Positions 51,301 to 62,000 of a stretch of 64,000 nucleotides of DNA are shown one piece after another. Position numbers and translations under genes: made by a program. The DNA lies in NCBI RefSeq assembly GCF_036365525.1, contig NC_090413.1, positions 28,906,262 to 28,970,261 of the forward strand, read 5' to 3'. This DNA comes from Heterodontus francisci. Taxonomy: Eukaryota. The notes under the pieces were generated by a model, which saw only the letters and a list, made by a program, of their open reading frames with translations, searched no databases and was not told where the DNA came from. Every line of letters begins with the position of its first letter. Positions within the stretch are counted from its first letter, which is position 1.

Positions 51301-51826
51301 GCCAATCTACAAATGGCAGTCTTCCAGACAGCAAATTGAAAATCTGTCCCAATGTAGGATACTGTCTAGAACTTCTCTTCCATTCCCCAGCACACAAAAC
51401 AATAAACATGGTAGAAAATAGTAACCGTCAAACTGACAAAGTACATTGATCACAAGGCAAACTAATATTATAAATTCACCATCTGTAGGACTGATTTAAG
51501 GTACATTTACGAATGAAGCGAATCCCTGACTGTCTGCCTGTTTTTGTTTCATTTCTATCTTTCTCATCGTTATTTAGATTGAAATTTCTATTTCCTGTTC
51601 TCAAACTGAAACTATTCAGTATGACGGGTAAGCAGTAACGGTTGATCACAGAATAAAACTAACAGCTATCATTTTAACTGGATGAAAACCATATAATACT
51701 ACTTGAATCTATGTAAATAAATAAATATTGCGTATATTTAAAAGCATTTTACCTACCTGTTAGAATAAAAAGTAATGTGAAAAGCCAATTACATTCAATC
51801 GGCGAAGTTATTCTAAAATCCATCAT
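30145..51826 (-). CDS. ICAM/VCAM-family type I membrane protein: signal peptide, 6 Ig domains, TM and cytoplasmic tail; 8 coding exons, 1971 nt, about 656 aa (gene B, complete)
   Basis: Exons joined manually: 51757-51826, 48416-48691, 41746-42060, 39613-39906, 36542-36823, 33558-33803, 32887-33168, 30145-30350. All introns are phase 1 and the frame is open throughout. Splice sites are GT-AG except the D5 acceptor. D1 has the ICAM-type CSTTC...CSVIC four-Cys pattern, and there are about 17 N-x-S/T sequons. Confidence 0.88.
30635..31290 (+). mobile_element. L2 LINE 3' fragment
   Basis: MSRNFLQLSIEK and TTYFHLRNIA motifs. Confidence 0.75.
31570..31930 (-). mobile_element. Second tRNA-derived SINE family sharing a 3' tail with the CR1-like LINE (partial + copy at about 44005-44192)
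   Basis: tRNA-like head on the minus strand and a gggcaattagggatgggcaataaatgctggc-type tail. Confidence 0.65.
32887..33168 (-). CDS. Gene B exon 7, Ig domain D6 (D6a)
   Basis: Acceptor TCTCTTTTCCAG, donor AAG|GTCAGT. Translates YKPRNTTISV...IICNSNGNPKPTLKW...GIYKCTATNKYG...VDIRIK. Confidence 0.92.
33558..33803 (-). CDS. Gene B exon 6, Ig domain D5 (acceptor non-canonical)
   Basis: Translates YAPMEAQ...LTCHGAGNPAPQVFWTKDG...SGLYTCTVTNEYG, with donor GTGAG. The expected acceptor reads TTTACAT|AT rather than TTTACAG|AT. Confidence 0.82.
35035..36078 (+). mobile_element. CR1-like LINE 3' portion
   Basis: AGVPQGSVLGPTIFSCFINDL, MFADD and MEYCPLAW. Confidence 0.88.
36542..36823 (-). CDS. Gene B exon 5, Ig domain D4
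   Basis: Acceptor TTTTTACAG, donor GTAAG. Translates VFPDPEIQV...ITCSVF...DGQQYICEAELKL...LHVL. Confidence 0.9.
37020..38101 (-). mobile_element. Solo LTR (Gypsy-type)
   Basis: TG...CA ends. The terminus is the reverse complement of the 10652 LTR end. Flanks ctat/caat. Confidence 0.7.
38275..39296 (-). mobile_element. Second, related solo LTR
   Basis: Collinear diverged homolog of 37020-38101 with TG...CA ends. Flanks aaac/acac. Confidence 0.7.
39321..39430. repeat. Degenerate minisatellite, about 37 bp x 3
   Basis: Units resembling ttatgatcctggaatatcaagtgtcagtaa. Confidence 0.6.
39613..39906 (-). CDS. Gene B exon 4, Ig domain D3
   Basis: Acceptor TGTGTTGCAG, donor GTAAG. Translates SFLDPPRI...LTCEVPNVYPAEKMRVRWFQDG...GCTADF...IEVF. 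Confidence 0.92.
40722..40896 (+). mobile_element. 5'-truncated HE1/V-type SINE
   Basis: Matches the 3' half of 28543-28899, with a (ctaaa)n tail. Confidence 0.85.
40975..41460 (+). mobile_element. CR1 3' fragment
   Basis: TEIRRNFFTRRVVNF motif and a CR1 tail. Confidence 0.75.
41746..42060 (-). CDS. Gene B exon 3, Ig domain D2
   Basis: Acceptor TTTTAACAG, donor GTAAG. LECIGPRVYP..LKLTWLRG...YTCLAEVDL resembles the ICAM D2 pattern (WLRG, C-x-x-E-L-D-L). Confidence 0.92.
43265..44000 (+). mobile_element. CR1-like LINE RT fragment
   Basis: LDTAKAMGPDNIP, NYCPISLLSIISKV and LDIKAAFD. Confidence 0.8.
44200..47180 (-). mobile_element. Degenerate Gypsy pol (RT, RNase H, integrase zinc region) in intron 2 of gene B
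   Basis: TTFNTLFGRYKFLHLPFGL..IPDD, FFGMVYTPDGVK and IQGWP...RIILPKTMQRELLQKTHEG. Confidence 0.8.
45451..46604 (-). mobile_element. Penelope-like insertion with an inverted terminal-repeat copy and 16-bp TSD
   Basis: TSD tcagagatagttgtga at 45435-45450 and 46605-46620. GIY-YIG part at about 45890-46280. 46284-46604 is an inverted copy of the left end. Confidence 0.9.
47186..47970 (-). mobile_element. CR1 3' portion nested in the Gypsy element
   Basis: RRMRGDLIETYK and VVNLWNSLP. Confidence 0.85.
48416..48691 (-). CDS. Gene B exon 2, Ig domain D1 (ICAM N-terminal type)
   Basis: Acceptor TTTTTTCCCTGACAG, donor GTAAG. Translates ASVTGFEVWIDTNPSAVEFGDSLEVNCSTTCAEPIMTVEY...PCSVICKSDG...VVTVY. 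Confidence 0.92.
51757..51826 (-). CDS. Gene B exon 1, signal peptide MMDFRITSPIECNWLFTLLFILT
   Basis: ATGATG start, hydrophobic core and donor CAG|GTAGGT. The phase-1 join to exon 2 gives ...ILT-A-SVTG-FEVW. Confidence 0.85.
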
Positions 51827-51985
51827 TGAATTTCTGAAGAATATGTGGTCTGTATTTACTATGATCCTAAAGACTTTAGAGTCATTGAATAAATCTAGCT
51901 TAACTCTCCGCGCTGTACCAATTTATTTGTGGACTGACTGAGCACTTGTGTTCAGTGTTGTCGGTGAATGAGTGATCGACCACCC

Positions 51986-52033
51986 CTTCCGGTGATTAAC
52001 CCCCAACTGCCAGTGCGGGGAATTTCCACGCCC
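51986..52033 (-). promoter_or_regulatory. Proximal promoter module of gene B: ETS, NF-kB and KLF/Sp motifs
   Basis: GGGGAATTTCC at 52017-52027 matches the kB consensus. ACCGGAAG (minus) is at 51986-51993 and GGGCGTGG (minus) at 52026-52033. The module lies 160-210 nt upstream of the ATG. Confidence 0.65.
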
Positions 52034-53044
52034 AGTCTGTACTTGTCAATCTTTCAAAAATCTATCCACCTCACATAATGCTGAATAATTATTGAACATG
52101 TCATTCACTAAAACCACCAAACTACTGACCACCTAACTTCTCCAGTGGTCCCCACATTAACTACATTGTTAACGGTTGTCTGTCTTTGGGTGCTGTGCCT
52201 CTCTCCTTTATGTGTGCTGTCATCATCCTTCTCTTTAGAAAAAACAACCCTTGACCTCACAGTCCTTGCAAACTAAAGCGCCATCTCCATCCTCCCTTTC
52301 CACATCAAAGCTCTTGAATGTGTTGTTGCCTGAAGGTGAAAAACACCCTTAATTTTGGTCTGGACAAGACAACCAATTAAGCCAACAGGGCACTTAGATA
52401 GTAAGTCCAGAAAATATATTCAAAGTAAAACCATGCATAACAAACCTAGGCAAATAACTTTACAACTCTCGCAGGTGATGTGAAGACCCCCTCAGTTTAC
52501 CTGGTCTAATAGTTCTTTTGTTCTCCACACTATGTCTTGGTTTTCTTCTACTTCTGTGAATCTTCTTGGTCTCTGTGCACCAAAACCTGACGAGACTCCT
52601 GTTTTTAACCCCTTTCCGACCATCATGCACCCCAGCAATCAGGGGCAAGCTGGCCTAGGAATTGTTTCTAGCTATTACAAGCCTTATTAGATTGTTTTTT
52701 AATTATGACTTCAAATTGAGATCAGACACCTGGGAAACATGAACAAAGGAGTACTCATACTGTCCAACACTTTGGCTGAAATATTGTCTCTTCTGCACAG
52801 AACTTCATTCATTCTCAGAGATACCATCTGATTAATGTTGCCTTGAACTAACAAAGGGTTACTTGGAGTCCATAATGCCTTGCTTAATATGGATGGCCAG
52901 CTGTTCTGACCACAGCAGAGTTAAAAAGAACTGAATGGTTAAACTTGTACATAGCTGATTAATCAATACATACATAACTCAATCAATGTTCTAGGATTAA
53001 TTGTGACTGATTGATTTCTTTTCGTACATTGATATAAAATATAG

Positions 53045-54195
53045 TGGTAGATAAAGGGGAACCAGTAGATGTCGTATGCTTGGATTTCCAAAAGGCATTC
53101 AGCAAGGTGCCACACAAAAGATTAATATGCAAGATAAGGGCTCATGGAGTTGGGGGTAATATATTAGCATGGATAGAGGATTGGTTAAGGGACAGAAAGC
53201 AAAGAGTATGGGGCATTTTCCAGGTGACAGGCTGTAACTACTGGAGTGCCACAAGGATCTGTGCTAGAGCCTCAACTATTTACAATCGACATTAACAACT
53301 TAGACAAAGAGACAGAGACTAATGTATCTAAGTTTGCTGATGATATTAGGTGGGAATGCAAGCTGTGAGGACACAGAAAGGCTGAAAAGAGATGTAGACA
53401 GGTTAAGAGAATGGGAAACAATGTGGCAAATGGGGTATAATGTGGGGAAGTTAAGCTACTCACTTCGGTAGTTAGAATAGAAAAGCAGATTATTTTTTAA
53501 AAGGCATGAAACTTGTAAACGTTGATGCTCAGAGGGACCTGGGTGTACTTGTACAAGGAACAGGGAAAGTTAACATGCAGGTACAACAAGCAATTAGGAA
53601 GTCAAATGGCATGTTGGCCTTTATTGCAAGGGAATTGGAGTACAAGAATAAAGAAGGTATGTTACAATAGTACGGGGATTTGGTGAGACCACATCTGGAA
53701 TACTTTGTGCAGTTTTGGTCTCCAAATTAAAGAAAGGATATTCTTGCTTTGGAGACGGTACATCGAAGGTTCTCTGGATTGGTCCCTGCGATGAGAGGGT
53801 TGTCCAATTATGAGATGCTGAGTAAATTAGGCCGATGTTCTTTGGAGTTTAGAAGAATGAGAGACGATCTCATTGAAAAAGATTCTGAAGGGACTTGTTT
53901 CTGCTGGTCGGGGAATCTGAAACACTAGGGCCCAGTCTCAGGATAAGGGGCCAATCATTTCGGACTGAAATGCGGAGAAATTTCTTCACTGAAAGGGTTT
54001 TGAATCTTTGGAATTCTCTACCTCAGAGGGTTGTGGATTCTCCATCGTTGAATATAATTAAGGCTGAGATAGACAGAATTTTGGTCTCTCAGTGAACCAG
54101 GGATATGGGGAGTGTGCAGGAACGTGCATTTGAAGCCGAAGATCAGCCATGACAGGCCACATGGTCTACTCCTGCTCCTCTATCTTATGTTCTTA
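53045..54195 (+). mobile_element. CR1 LINE fragment
   Basis: VDKGEPVDVVCLDFQKAF and RNFFTERVLNLWNSLP. Confidence 0.85.
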
Positions 54196-54471
54196 TGTTA
54201 CCGTCCATAAACTTGAGGTCATCCAAAACTCTGCTGCCTCAGTCCTTACTCGCAACAAGTCCTGTTTGCATATATCCCCTGTGTTCACTGACCTACATTG
54301 GCTTCTGGTCAAGCAAAGTCTTGATTTTAAAATTCTCATCCTTTATTTCAAATCCTTCTGTGGCCTCACCCCTCCCTATCTCTGTAACCTCTTCCAGCTC
54401 CACAACCCTCTGAGATAGCTGTGCTCCTCTAATTTCTGCCTCTTGCGCATCTCCAATTTTAATCGCTCCAC

Positions 54472-55833
54472 CATCAGTGGTAGGGAAATTATTGGAAAAT
54501 ATTCTGAGAGACAGGATTAATCTCCACTTGGAGAGGCAGGGATTAATCAGGGATAGTCAGCATGGGTTTGTCAGGGGGAGATCGTGTCTAGCAAATTTGA
54601 TTGAATTTTTGGAGAAGGTGACTAGAGGTGTGGATGAGGGTAAAGCAGTTAATGTAGTCTACATGGACTTCGGTAAGGCTTTTGATAAGGTTCCGCATGG
54701 GAGTTTGGTTGAGAAAGTAAAAGCCCATGGGATCCAGGGTAATTTAGCAAATTGGATTCAAAATTGGCTTCGTGGCAGGAGGCAGAGGGTGGTGGTAGAG
54801 GATTGTTTTTGCGATTGAAAGCCTGTGACCAGTGGTGTACCACAGGGATCGGTGCTGGGACCCTTACTGTTTGTAGTGTACATTAGTGATTTAGATGTGA
54901 ATATAGGAGGTATAATCAGTAAGTTTGCAGATGACACGAAAATTGGTGGTGTCGTAAATAGTGAGGAGGAAAGCCTTAGACTACAGGACGATATAGATGG
55001 GCTGGTAAGATGGGTGGAGCAGTGGCAAAGGGAGTTTAATCCTGAGAAGTGTGAGGTGATGCACTTTGGGAGGTCTAACAAGGCAATGGAATATACAATG
55101 GATGGTAGGACCCTAGGGAGTACAGAGGGTCAGAGGGACCTTGGTGTACTTGTCCATAGATCACTGAAGGCAGCAGCACAGGTAGATAAGGTGGTTAGGA
55201 AGGCATACAGGATACTTGCCTTTATTAGCCGAGGCATAGAATATAAGAGCAGGGAGGTTATGATGGAGCTGTATAAAACGCTGGTTAGGCCACAGCTGGA
55301 GTACTGTGTACAGTTCTGGTCGCCGCACTATAGGAAGGATGTGAATGCAGTGGAGATGGTGCAGAGGAGATTCACCAGGATGTTGCCTGGGCTGGAGCAT
55401 TTCATTTATGAAGACAGACTGGATAGGCTGGGGTTGTTTTCCTTAGAGCGGAGAAGGCTGAAGGGGGACCTGATTGAGGTATACAAAATTATGAGGGGCA
55501 TTGATAGGATAGATAGGAAGAAACTTTTTCCCTTAGTGGAGAGGTCAATAACTAGGGGGCATAGATTTAAGGTAAGGAGCAGGAGGTTTAGAGGGGATTT
55601 GAGGAATAATTTTTGCACCCAAAGGGTGGTTGGAATCTGGAACACACTGCCTGAAGGGGTGGTAGAGGTAGGAACACTCACAACATTCAAGAAGTATTTA
55701 GACGAGCACTTGAAACGCCTTAACATACAAGGCTAGGGGCCAAGTGCGGGGAAATGGGATTAGTTAGGACGGGTGCTTGATTGTTGGCGCATGCGTAGGG
55801 CCTGTTTTTGTGCTGTAAAACTCAATGACTCTA
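54472..55833 (+). mobile_element. Young CR1 fragment inserted into an L2 3' end (L2 at about 54196-54471 and 55835-56090)
   Basis: RT ORFs at 54477-54818 and 54825-55736. The L2 sequence continues on both sides. Confidence 0.88.
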
Positions 55834-56504
55834 TGGCCATTGGTGACCATGCGTTCAGCTGCCTGGCCCTACGATCTGAAATTCCCTCCCTAAACCTCTC
55901 TGACTCTCTACCTCTCTTTCTTCCTTCAAGATGTTCCATAAAACCTACTTCTTTGACCAAGCTTTTGGCCATCTGCCCTCATGTTGCCTTATGAGACTTG
56001 ATATCTAATTTTGCTTTGTAGTTCCTGTGAAGCAGCTTGGAATGTTTTATTGCATTAAAGGTGCTATTATAGATATAAGTAGTTGCTGTTGCTGATTCAC
56101 AAATAGGATACAATAACCGTGCAGTGCAGCCTTCTCTGTGTCATAAGATGCACCATCACAATTTCTTGTTTATCATATTGTACTCCCACGATTGAACGAA
56201 CCGCCACCCCCCCCCCCCCCCATACAGTGATTGGACCCAGTTGTTAGTATTCTATTGGAACTCGGAGGAATTGTCGCAAGACTATCGAACCGTCTTCATC
56301 AGCTTCTCTCTAAATCTCTCTCCAACACTCGTCTGCAGCTTCAATTTGTCAGTGAGATTTTTTGAGCACACAGCCAGTTCATTTACAATTGATTACAGCT
56401 CATCTTATTCATCGGGCTACCTTTTGCAAGATTGAAGAAGTGTGTGTGTTTGCATGTGTGAGATTACAATAATCAATTATGAAGAATCATACAGTGCAGT
56501 ACAT

Positions 56505-57720
56505 ATGTATTACGAGCAGGAGTAGGCCACTCGGCCCCTTGAGCCTGCCTTGCCATTCAATAAGATCCTGGCTGATCTGATTGTACCCTCAACTCCACAT
56601 TCCCGCCTACCCCAATAACCTTTCACCCCCATTGCTAATCAAGAATCTATCTACCTCTGCTTTAAAAATATTTAAAGACTCTGCTTCCACCATCTTTTGA
56701 GGAGGAGAGTTCCAAAGACTCACGGCCCTCTGAGAGAAAAAATTTCTCTCTATCTCTGTCTTAAATAGACGAGCCCTTATTTTTAAATAGTGAGCCCTAG
56801 TTCTAGATTCTCCCACAAGTGGAAACATCCTTTCCACATACACCCTGTCAAGACCCCTCAGGATCTTATATGTTTCAATCAAGCCACCTCTAATTCTTAT
56901 AAAGTCCAGTGGATACAAGCCTAGCCTGTCCAACCTTTCCTCATAAGGCAACCCGCCCATTCCAGGTATTCGTCTAGTAAACATTCTCTGAACGGCTTCC
57001 AACGCATTTACATCCTTCCTTAAATAAGGAGACCAGTACTGTACACAGTACTCCAGATGTGGTCTCACCAATGCCCTGTATAACTGAAGCATAACCTCCC
57101 TATTTTTGTATTCAATTCCCCTCGCAATAAATGATAACATCCTATTAGCTTTCCTAATTACTTGCTGAACCTGCATACTAATCTTTTGCGATTCATGCAT
57201 TAGGACACCCAGATCCCTCTGCATCTCAGAGCTCTGCAATCTCTCACCATTTAGATAATATGCTTCTTTTTTATTCCTCCTGCCAAAATGGACAGTTTCA
57301 CATTTTCCCACATTATGTTCCATTTGGCAGGTCTTTGCCCATTCACTTAATCTATCTATATCCCCTTGCAACTTCCTTATGTCCCCTTCACAACTTAGTT
57401 TCCTTGTGCCATCAGCAAAGTTAACAACCATACCTTTGGTCCCTTCATCCAAGTTATTTATGTAAATTGTAAAATGTTGTGGCCCCAGCACTGATCCCTG
57501 TGGCATACCACTCATTACATCTTGCCATCCAGAAAATGACCTATTTATGCCTACTTTCTGTTTCCTGTTAGCTAGCCAATCTTCTCTCCATGCAAATATG
57601 GTATCCCCTACACCATGAGCTTTTATTTTCCACAATAACCATTGATGTGCACCTTATCAAATGCCTTCTGGAAATCTAAGTACAGTACATCCACTGGTTC
57701 CCCTTTATCCACAGCACATG
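56505..57720 (-). mobile_element. CR1 LINE 3' portion
   Basis: ORF 56607-57635 encodes the RT C-terminal region. Confidence 0.9.
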
Positions 57721-57807
57721 TTGCTGTGGAGAAGGAGGCCAGTCAGCTCATCATGAAAATGAAGCAGTTTGTGCCCGCAATCAACAAGATCTGGCCAACA
57801 TTCAGAT

Positions 57808-58512
57808 TTGGGCTGATAAGTGGTGACATTCGTGCCACACAAATGTCAGTCAATGACCATCGCCAACAAGAGAGAATCTAAGCATTACCCTACACATTCA
57901 ATGGCTTTACCATTGCTGAATCCCCCACCCTCAACATCCTGGAGGGATTCACCATTGACCAGAAATTTAACTGGACCAGCCACATAAATACTGCTGGTGC
58001 AGGAGTAGGTCAAAGAGTGGGAATTCTGCAGTGACTACAGCTCCAACAACTCTTAAACAGTTCACCACCATCCGGGACAAAGGAGCCCACTTGATAGGCA
58101 AACCATCCAACATTCACTCCCTCCATCACCGACGCACAGTGGCTATAATACATACCACCTACAAGATGCACTGCAGCAACTTGCCAAAGTTCCTTCCACA
58201 GAACCTTCCAAACCCATAACCTCTATCAACTAGAAGGACAAGGGCAGAAGGCTTGAGGGAGCACCACTACCTGCAAGCTCCCCTCCAATTCACACACCAT
58301 CCTGACTTGGGACCGTATCACCGTTTCTTCACTGTCATTGGGTCAAAATCCTGGAACTCCCTCTCTAACAGCACTGTAGGTGTAACTATACCACATGGAC
58401 TGCAGCAATTCAAGAAGGCAGTTCCCCATCACCTTCCTGAGGGCAATTAGGGATGGGCAATAAATGCTGGCATTGCCAGCGACACTCACATCCCATGAAT
58501 GAATATAAAAAT
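57808..58512 (+). mobile_element. CR1-like LINE 3' end
   Basis: Same family as 35035-36078. Confidence 0.8.
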
Positions 58513-59096
58513 AAAAGCATTTCAGTGAAAGAAGCAATGCAAATACAAAGTTGCACAAATATATTGGTGAAATTAAGATTACATTGAATTTACAGCACAG
58601 AAACAGGCCATTCAGCCCAATAGGTCTATGACAGTGTTAATGCTCCACAGGATCCGCTCCCATTATATATCCTTCTATTCCTTTTACCCTCATGTACTTA
58701 TCCAGCATCCCCTTAAATGCACCTATGTTGTTTGCCTCAACGAATGTGGTGCCAAATCTACAATCAATTGTAAACTGTTTCCCGGGACTCTGGAGGCAGT
58801 TTATTGTTTATCAATCGGCTCTGACATTATACTGTAATATTGCAGCAGCTTCCCCAAAGAGCCCTTAAACTGTGTGCAGTTTAAAAATTGAAGCCAGGGC
58901 TGGAAGCTGACTAGCAGCTGTGAAATTACTTGTCGACAGGATTGTTTGACGGCCTGAATTATCCTTGAATCTGAGATCATCATGCAGCTGCGGAGCATAA
59001 GTACGCTGTTCAGACTGGATTACAGCAAACTGTTCAGATGAATAGGAATTAATTCTGTCCAACTTCTCAAAAGCAAGATGCAAGAATGGGGAAAGA

Positions 59097-62000
59097 TATC
59101 ATTCTGCTTGAAGTTTGACGTTTCCAAGACATTAAGAATAGAGAGAGAGAAACTATTTCTGCTGCTTGAGAAATCTACAACTAAGGAGCATAGTCTAAAA
59201 ATTAGAGCCAGATCTTTCAGGAGTGGAATTAGGAAACACTTCTTCATACAAAGTGAGGTAAAAGTTTGAAACTGTCTTCTGCAAATGGCAGTTGATGCTA
59301 GATCAATTGTTAATTTTATATCTGAGAGGGATTTTTGTTCACCAAACATATTAAGGGAAATCGGGCAGATCGCAGGCAGATCAGCCATAACCTCACTGGA
59401 TGACAGAACAGGCTCGTCCAGTTCCTATGTATTTGGGTTGTGAACAGGTTTAGGGTTAGGGCTGGGATTCCTGCATCTCTCCCTGCTTCTCCCTCTTCCT
59501 CTCCCTCCCATTCTCCCTCCCTTCCACTTTCATCCTCTTTCCACCCTCTCACTCTCTGTCTCCCACTCACCCCCCCCTTCCTTTCTCCCCATTCCTCTTT
59601 CCCCACTTCCTCCCTGTCCTTCCCCCTCATCTCCCTTTCCCTCCTTCTCTTCCGTCCTCCTCCATCAACTTCCCTCTATCTCTCTCTCCTGCTGTTTTCC
59701 TTTCCCTTTCTCCCCCCAATCCCTCCCTGTCTCTCTCTTGCTTACTCCTTCCCTCTGTCTCCCTCCCTCATGGTGGTGTTGCTGGTAGTTTCCATGGTGC
59801 CTGCGCAGATTTCAGCTCCAAAACCTTAAACTCAAACACTAACCCCAAGAGTTAACCCTAATGAAATTGATGGGGTTGGTATATGTCACATGTGTTCCAT
59901 CAGTTGCCCCTTATGGGAACCCTGCCATTCTGTAGAACTGAACTGCATGCTCTCAGGTAATAAACTGTGAGGCCCACGTGAGAATATATTCAATGACCTT
60001 CTTTGCACAAGAGTGCACTGCTGCCTGACTAATGTGACAAAATTCATCTGAGGTTCCTTGGAAGGCTCCATTGGCAAACAAATATTCGAGCCAATGGTCA
60101 CTTTCATGGCTACAGATAATGCTGTGGTCCTGGTAGAGGTGGCTGCAGGTCTTGAACCAGAAGCTGGTATAATTCCCCAACGCTCCCCTGAGCATTAATG
60201 GGAAATTTAAATAAGACTTTGTAGATCTATACACCCAGTGCAATGGACATAAATGTGTAGGAAACCAACATCTTCTGTGACCCTCACGCTAAAAAGCCTT
60301 CAATATATCACCCTTTTGTTTCCTCATCTTCCTCCTTTTAACATAGGAATAAAAGAATTTCTATTGAGAAATCCCTTGTCCGATTCATCAATTTACCTTC
60401 CCAAATACTCACAAAAATATGAACGATTCAGTAACTTTTCAAAGTAAAACTTGTTTTGGAAAATTACAATTACTGACATTGGTGATGCAATCACTCTGAT
60501 TTGATATTTTTGAAAAAATAATTACACATTTGAAAATATCTTCAGATGATACAAATCCTTATTCACATATACAATCCTGTTCATACATCCTGTTCAAGCA
60601 TGCCAAAATTAGACAAATATCTCTTAATATTTTTACAGGTAGCATTTACATATTTCTTTATATTAAACATTCCAGCTAGCACATGCTCAGAAAACAGTAA
60701 CACATGAAAGCTCAAAATTTATATCTAAAAATATGTATAAAAAAAGATACTTGTTCACATTATCGAAGCATGCTATTCATCAGCGATCACATAAATGATT
60801 ATTTTACAGTGTCAAATCTCAATTCCAGTTTATTAGTGAGAAACAAAGTGAGCCTCCCTGACCTTCATGAGTTTCAAGCAATCATGTATTAGATTGTTTT
60901 TCAAAGGGAATTTAAACTTGCCCTAAAAAGCAAGACCATCTGTGGATAAAAGGTTAGAATTTTTTTTAAATGCTGTGAGTAAAATTTTAAGTGCAATCAG
61001 TCAAATTCCTACTTAAAAGGAATTCAACAACAAGATTTATTTATATAGCACCTTTAATGTAGTAAAACATCCCAAGGTGTTCATCAAGGAGCGTTATCAA
61101 ACAGATTTGAGGAGGTATTAGGACAGACGGCCAAATGTTTGGTCAACGAGGTAGGTTTTAAGGAGCATCTTATGACCATAATATGATGGAATTTTACATT
61201 AAGTTTGAAAGCGATGTAGTTCAGTCAGAAACTAGGGTCTTAAATCTAAGCGAAGGAAACTATGAAGGTATGAGGGACAAGTTGGCTTTAGTGGATTGGG
61301 AAACTACTTTAAAAGGTATGATGGTAAACATGTAACGGCTATCATTGAAAGAACTAATACATCATTTACAACAAAAATACATTCCTTTAATGCACAAAAA
61401 CCCAGCAAGGAAAGTGTTCCGATCGTGACTAATGAAAGAAATCAAGGATTGTATCAGAGCAAAGGAAGAGGTATATAAAGCTGCCAAAAAGATGGTAAGC
61501 CTGAGGATTGGGAACATTTCAAAAGTCTGCAAAGGAGGATCAAGAGAAAGATTAAGAAAGGGAAAATAGAATGAGAGTAAACTAGCAAGCAACATGAAAA
61601 GGGACTGTAAAAGCTTCTATAGGTATGTAAAAAGATCAGCAAAGACAAATGTGGGTCCATTACAAGCGGAGTCAGGAGAATTTATAATGGGGAATAAGGA
61701 AATGGCAGAGAAACTAAACAAATACTTTGTGTTTATCTTCACGGAGGAAAATACTAAAAACCTCCCAGAAATAATGGAAAATCAAGGGACTAGTGTAAAC
61801 GAGGAACTGTAAGATATGAATATTATTTTAAAAATGTACTAGAGAAATTAATGGGCCTTAAAGTAGATAAATCCCCTGGACTTGATAATCTACATACCAG
61901 AGTGTTGAAAGAGGTGGCTGTAGAGATAGTAGATGCATTGGTGGTCATCTTTCAAAATTCTATGGACTCTGGAATGGTTCCTGCAGATTGGAAGGTGGGA

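Larger units (their letters stand above)
47871..52944. repeat. Segmental duplication block 1, right copy
   Basis: Direct repeat of about 714-5782. Confidence 0.95.

Noticed and set aside
51832-51841. STAT6-like TTC-N4-GAA next to the start codon; GAS-like ttcccggga near 58780
   Set aside because: Short or imperfect motifs that are expected by chance, with no supporting context.
714-52944. Duplication as a pure assembly artefact (uncollapsed haplotype)
   Set aside because: The copies differ by multi-kb replacements, independent TE insertions and tracts of roughly 10-15% divergence, which is more than expected for alleles. Not fully excluded without read data.
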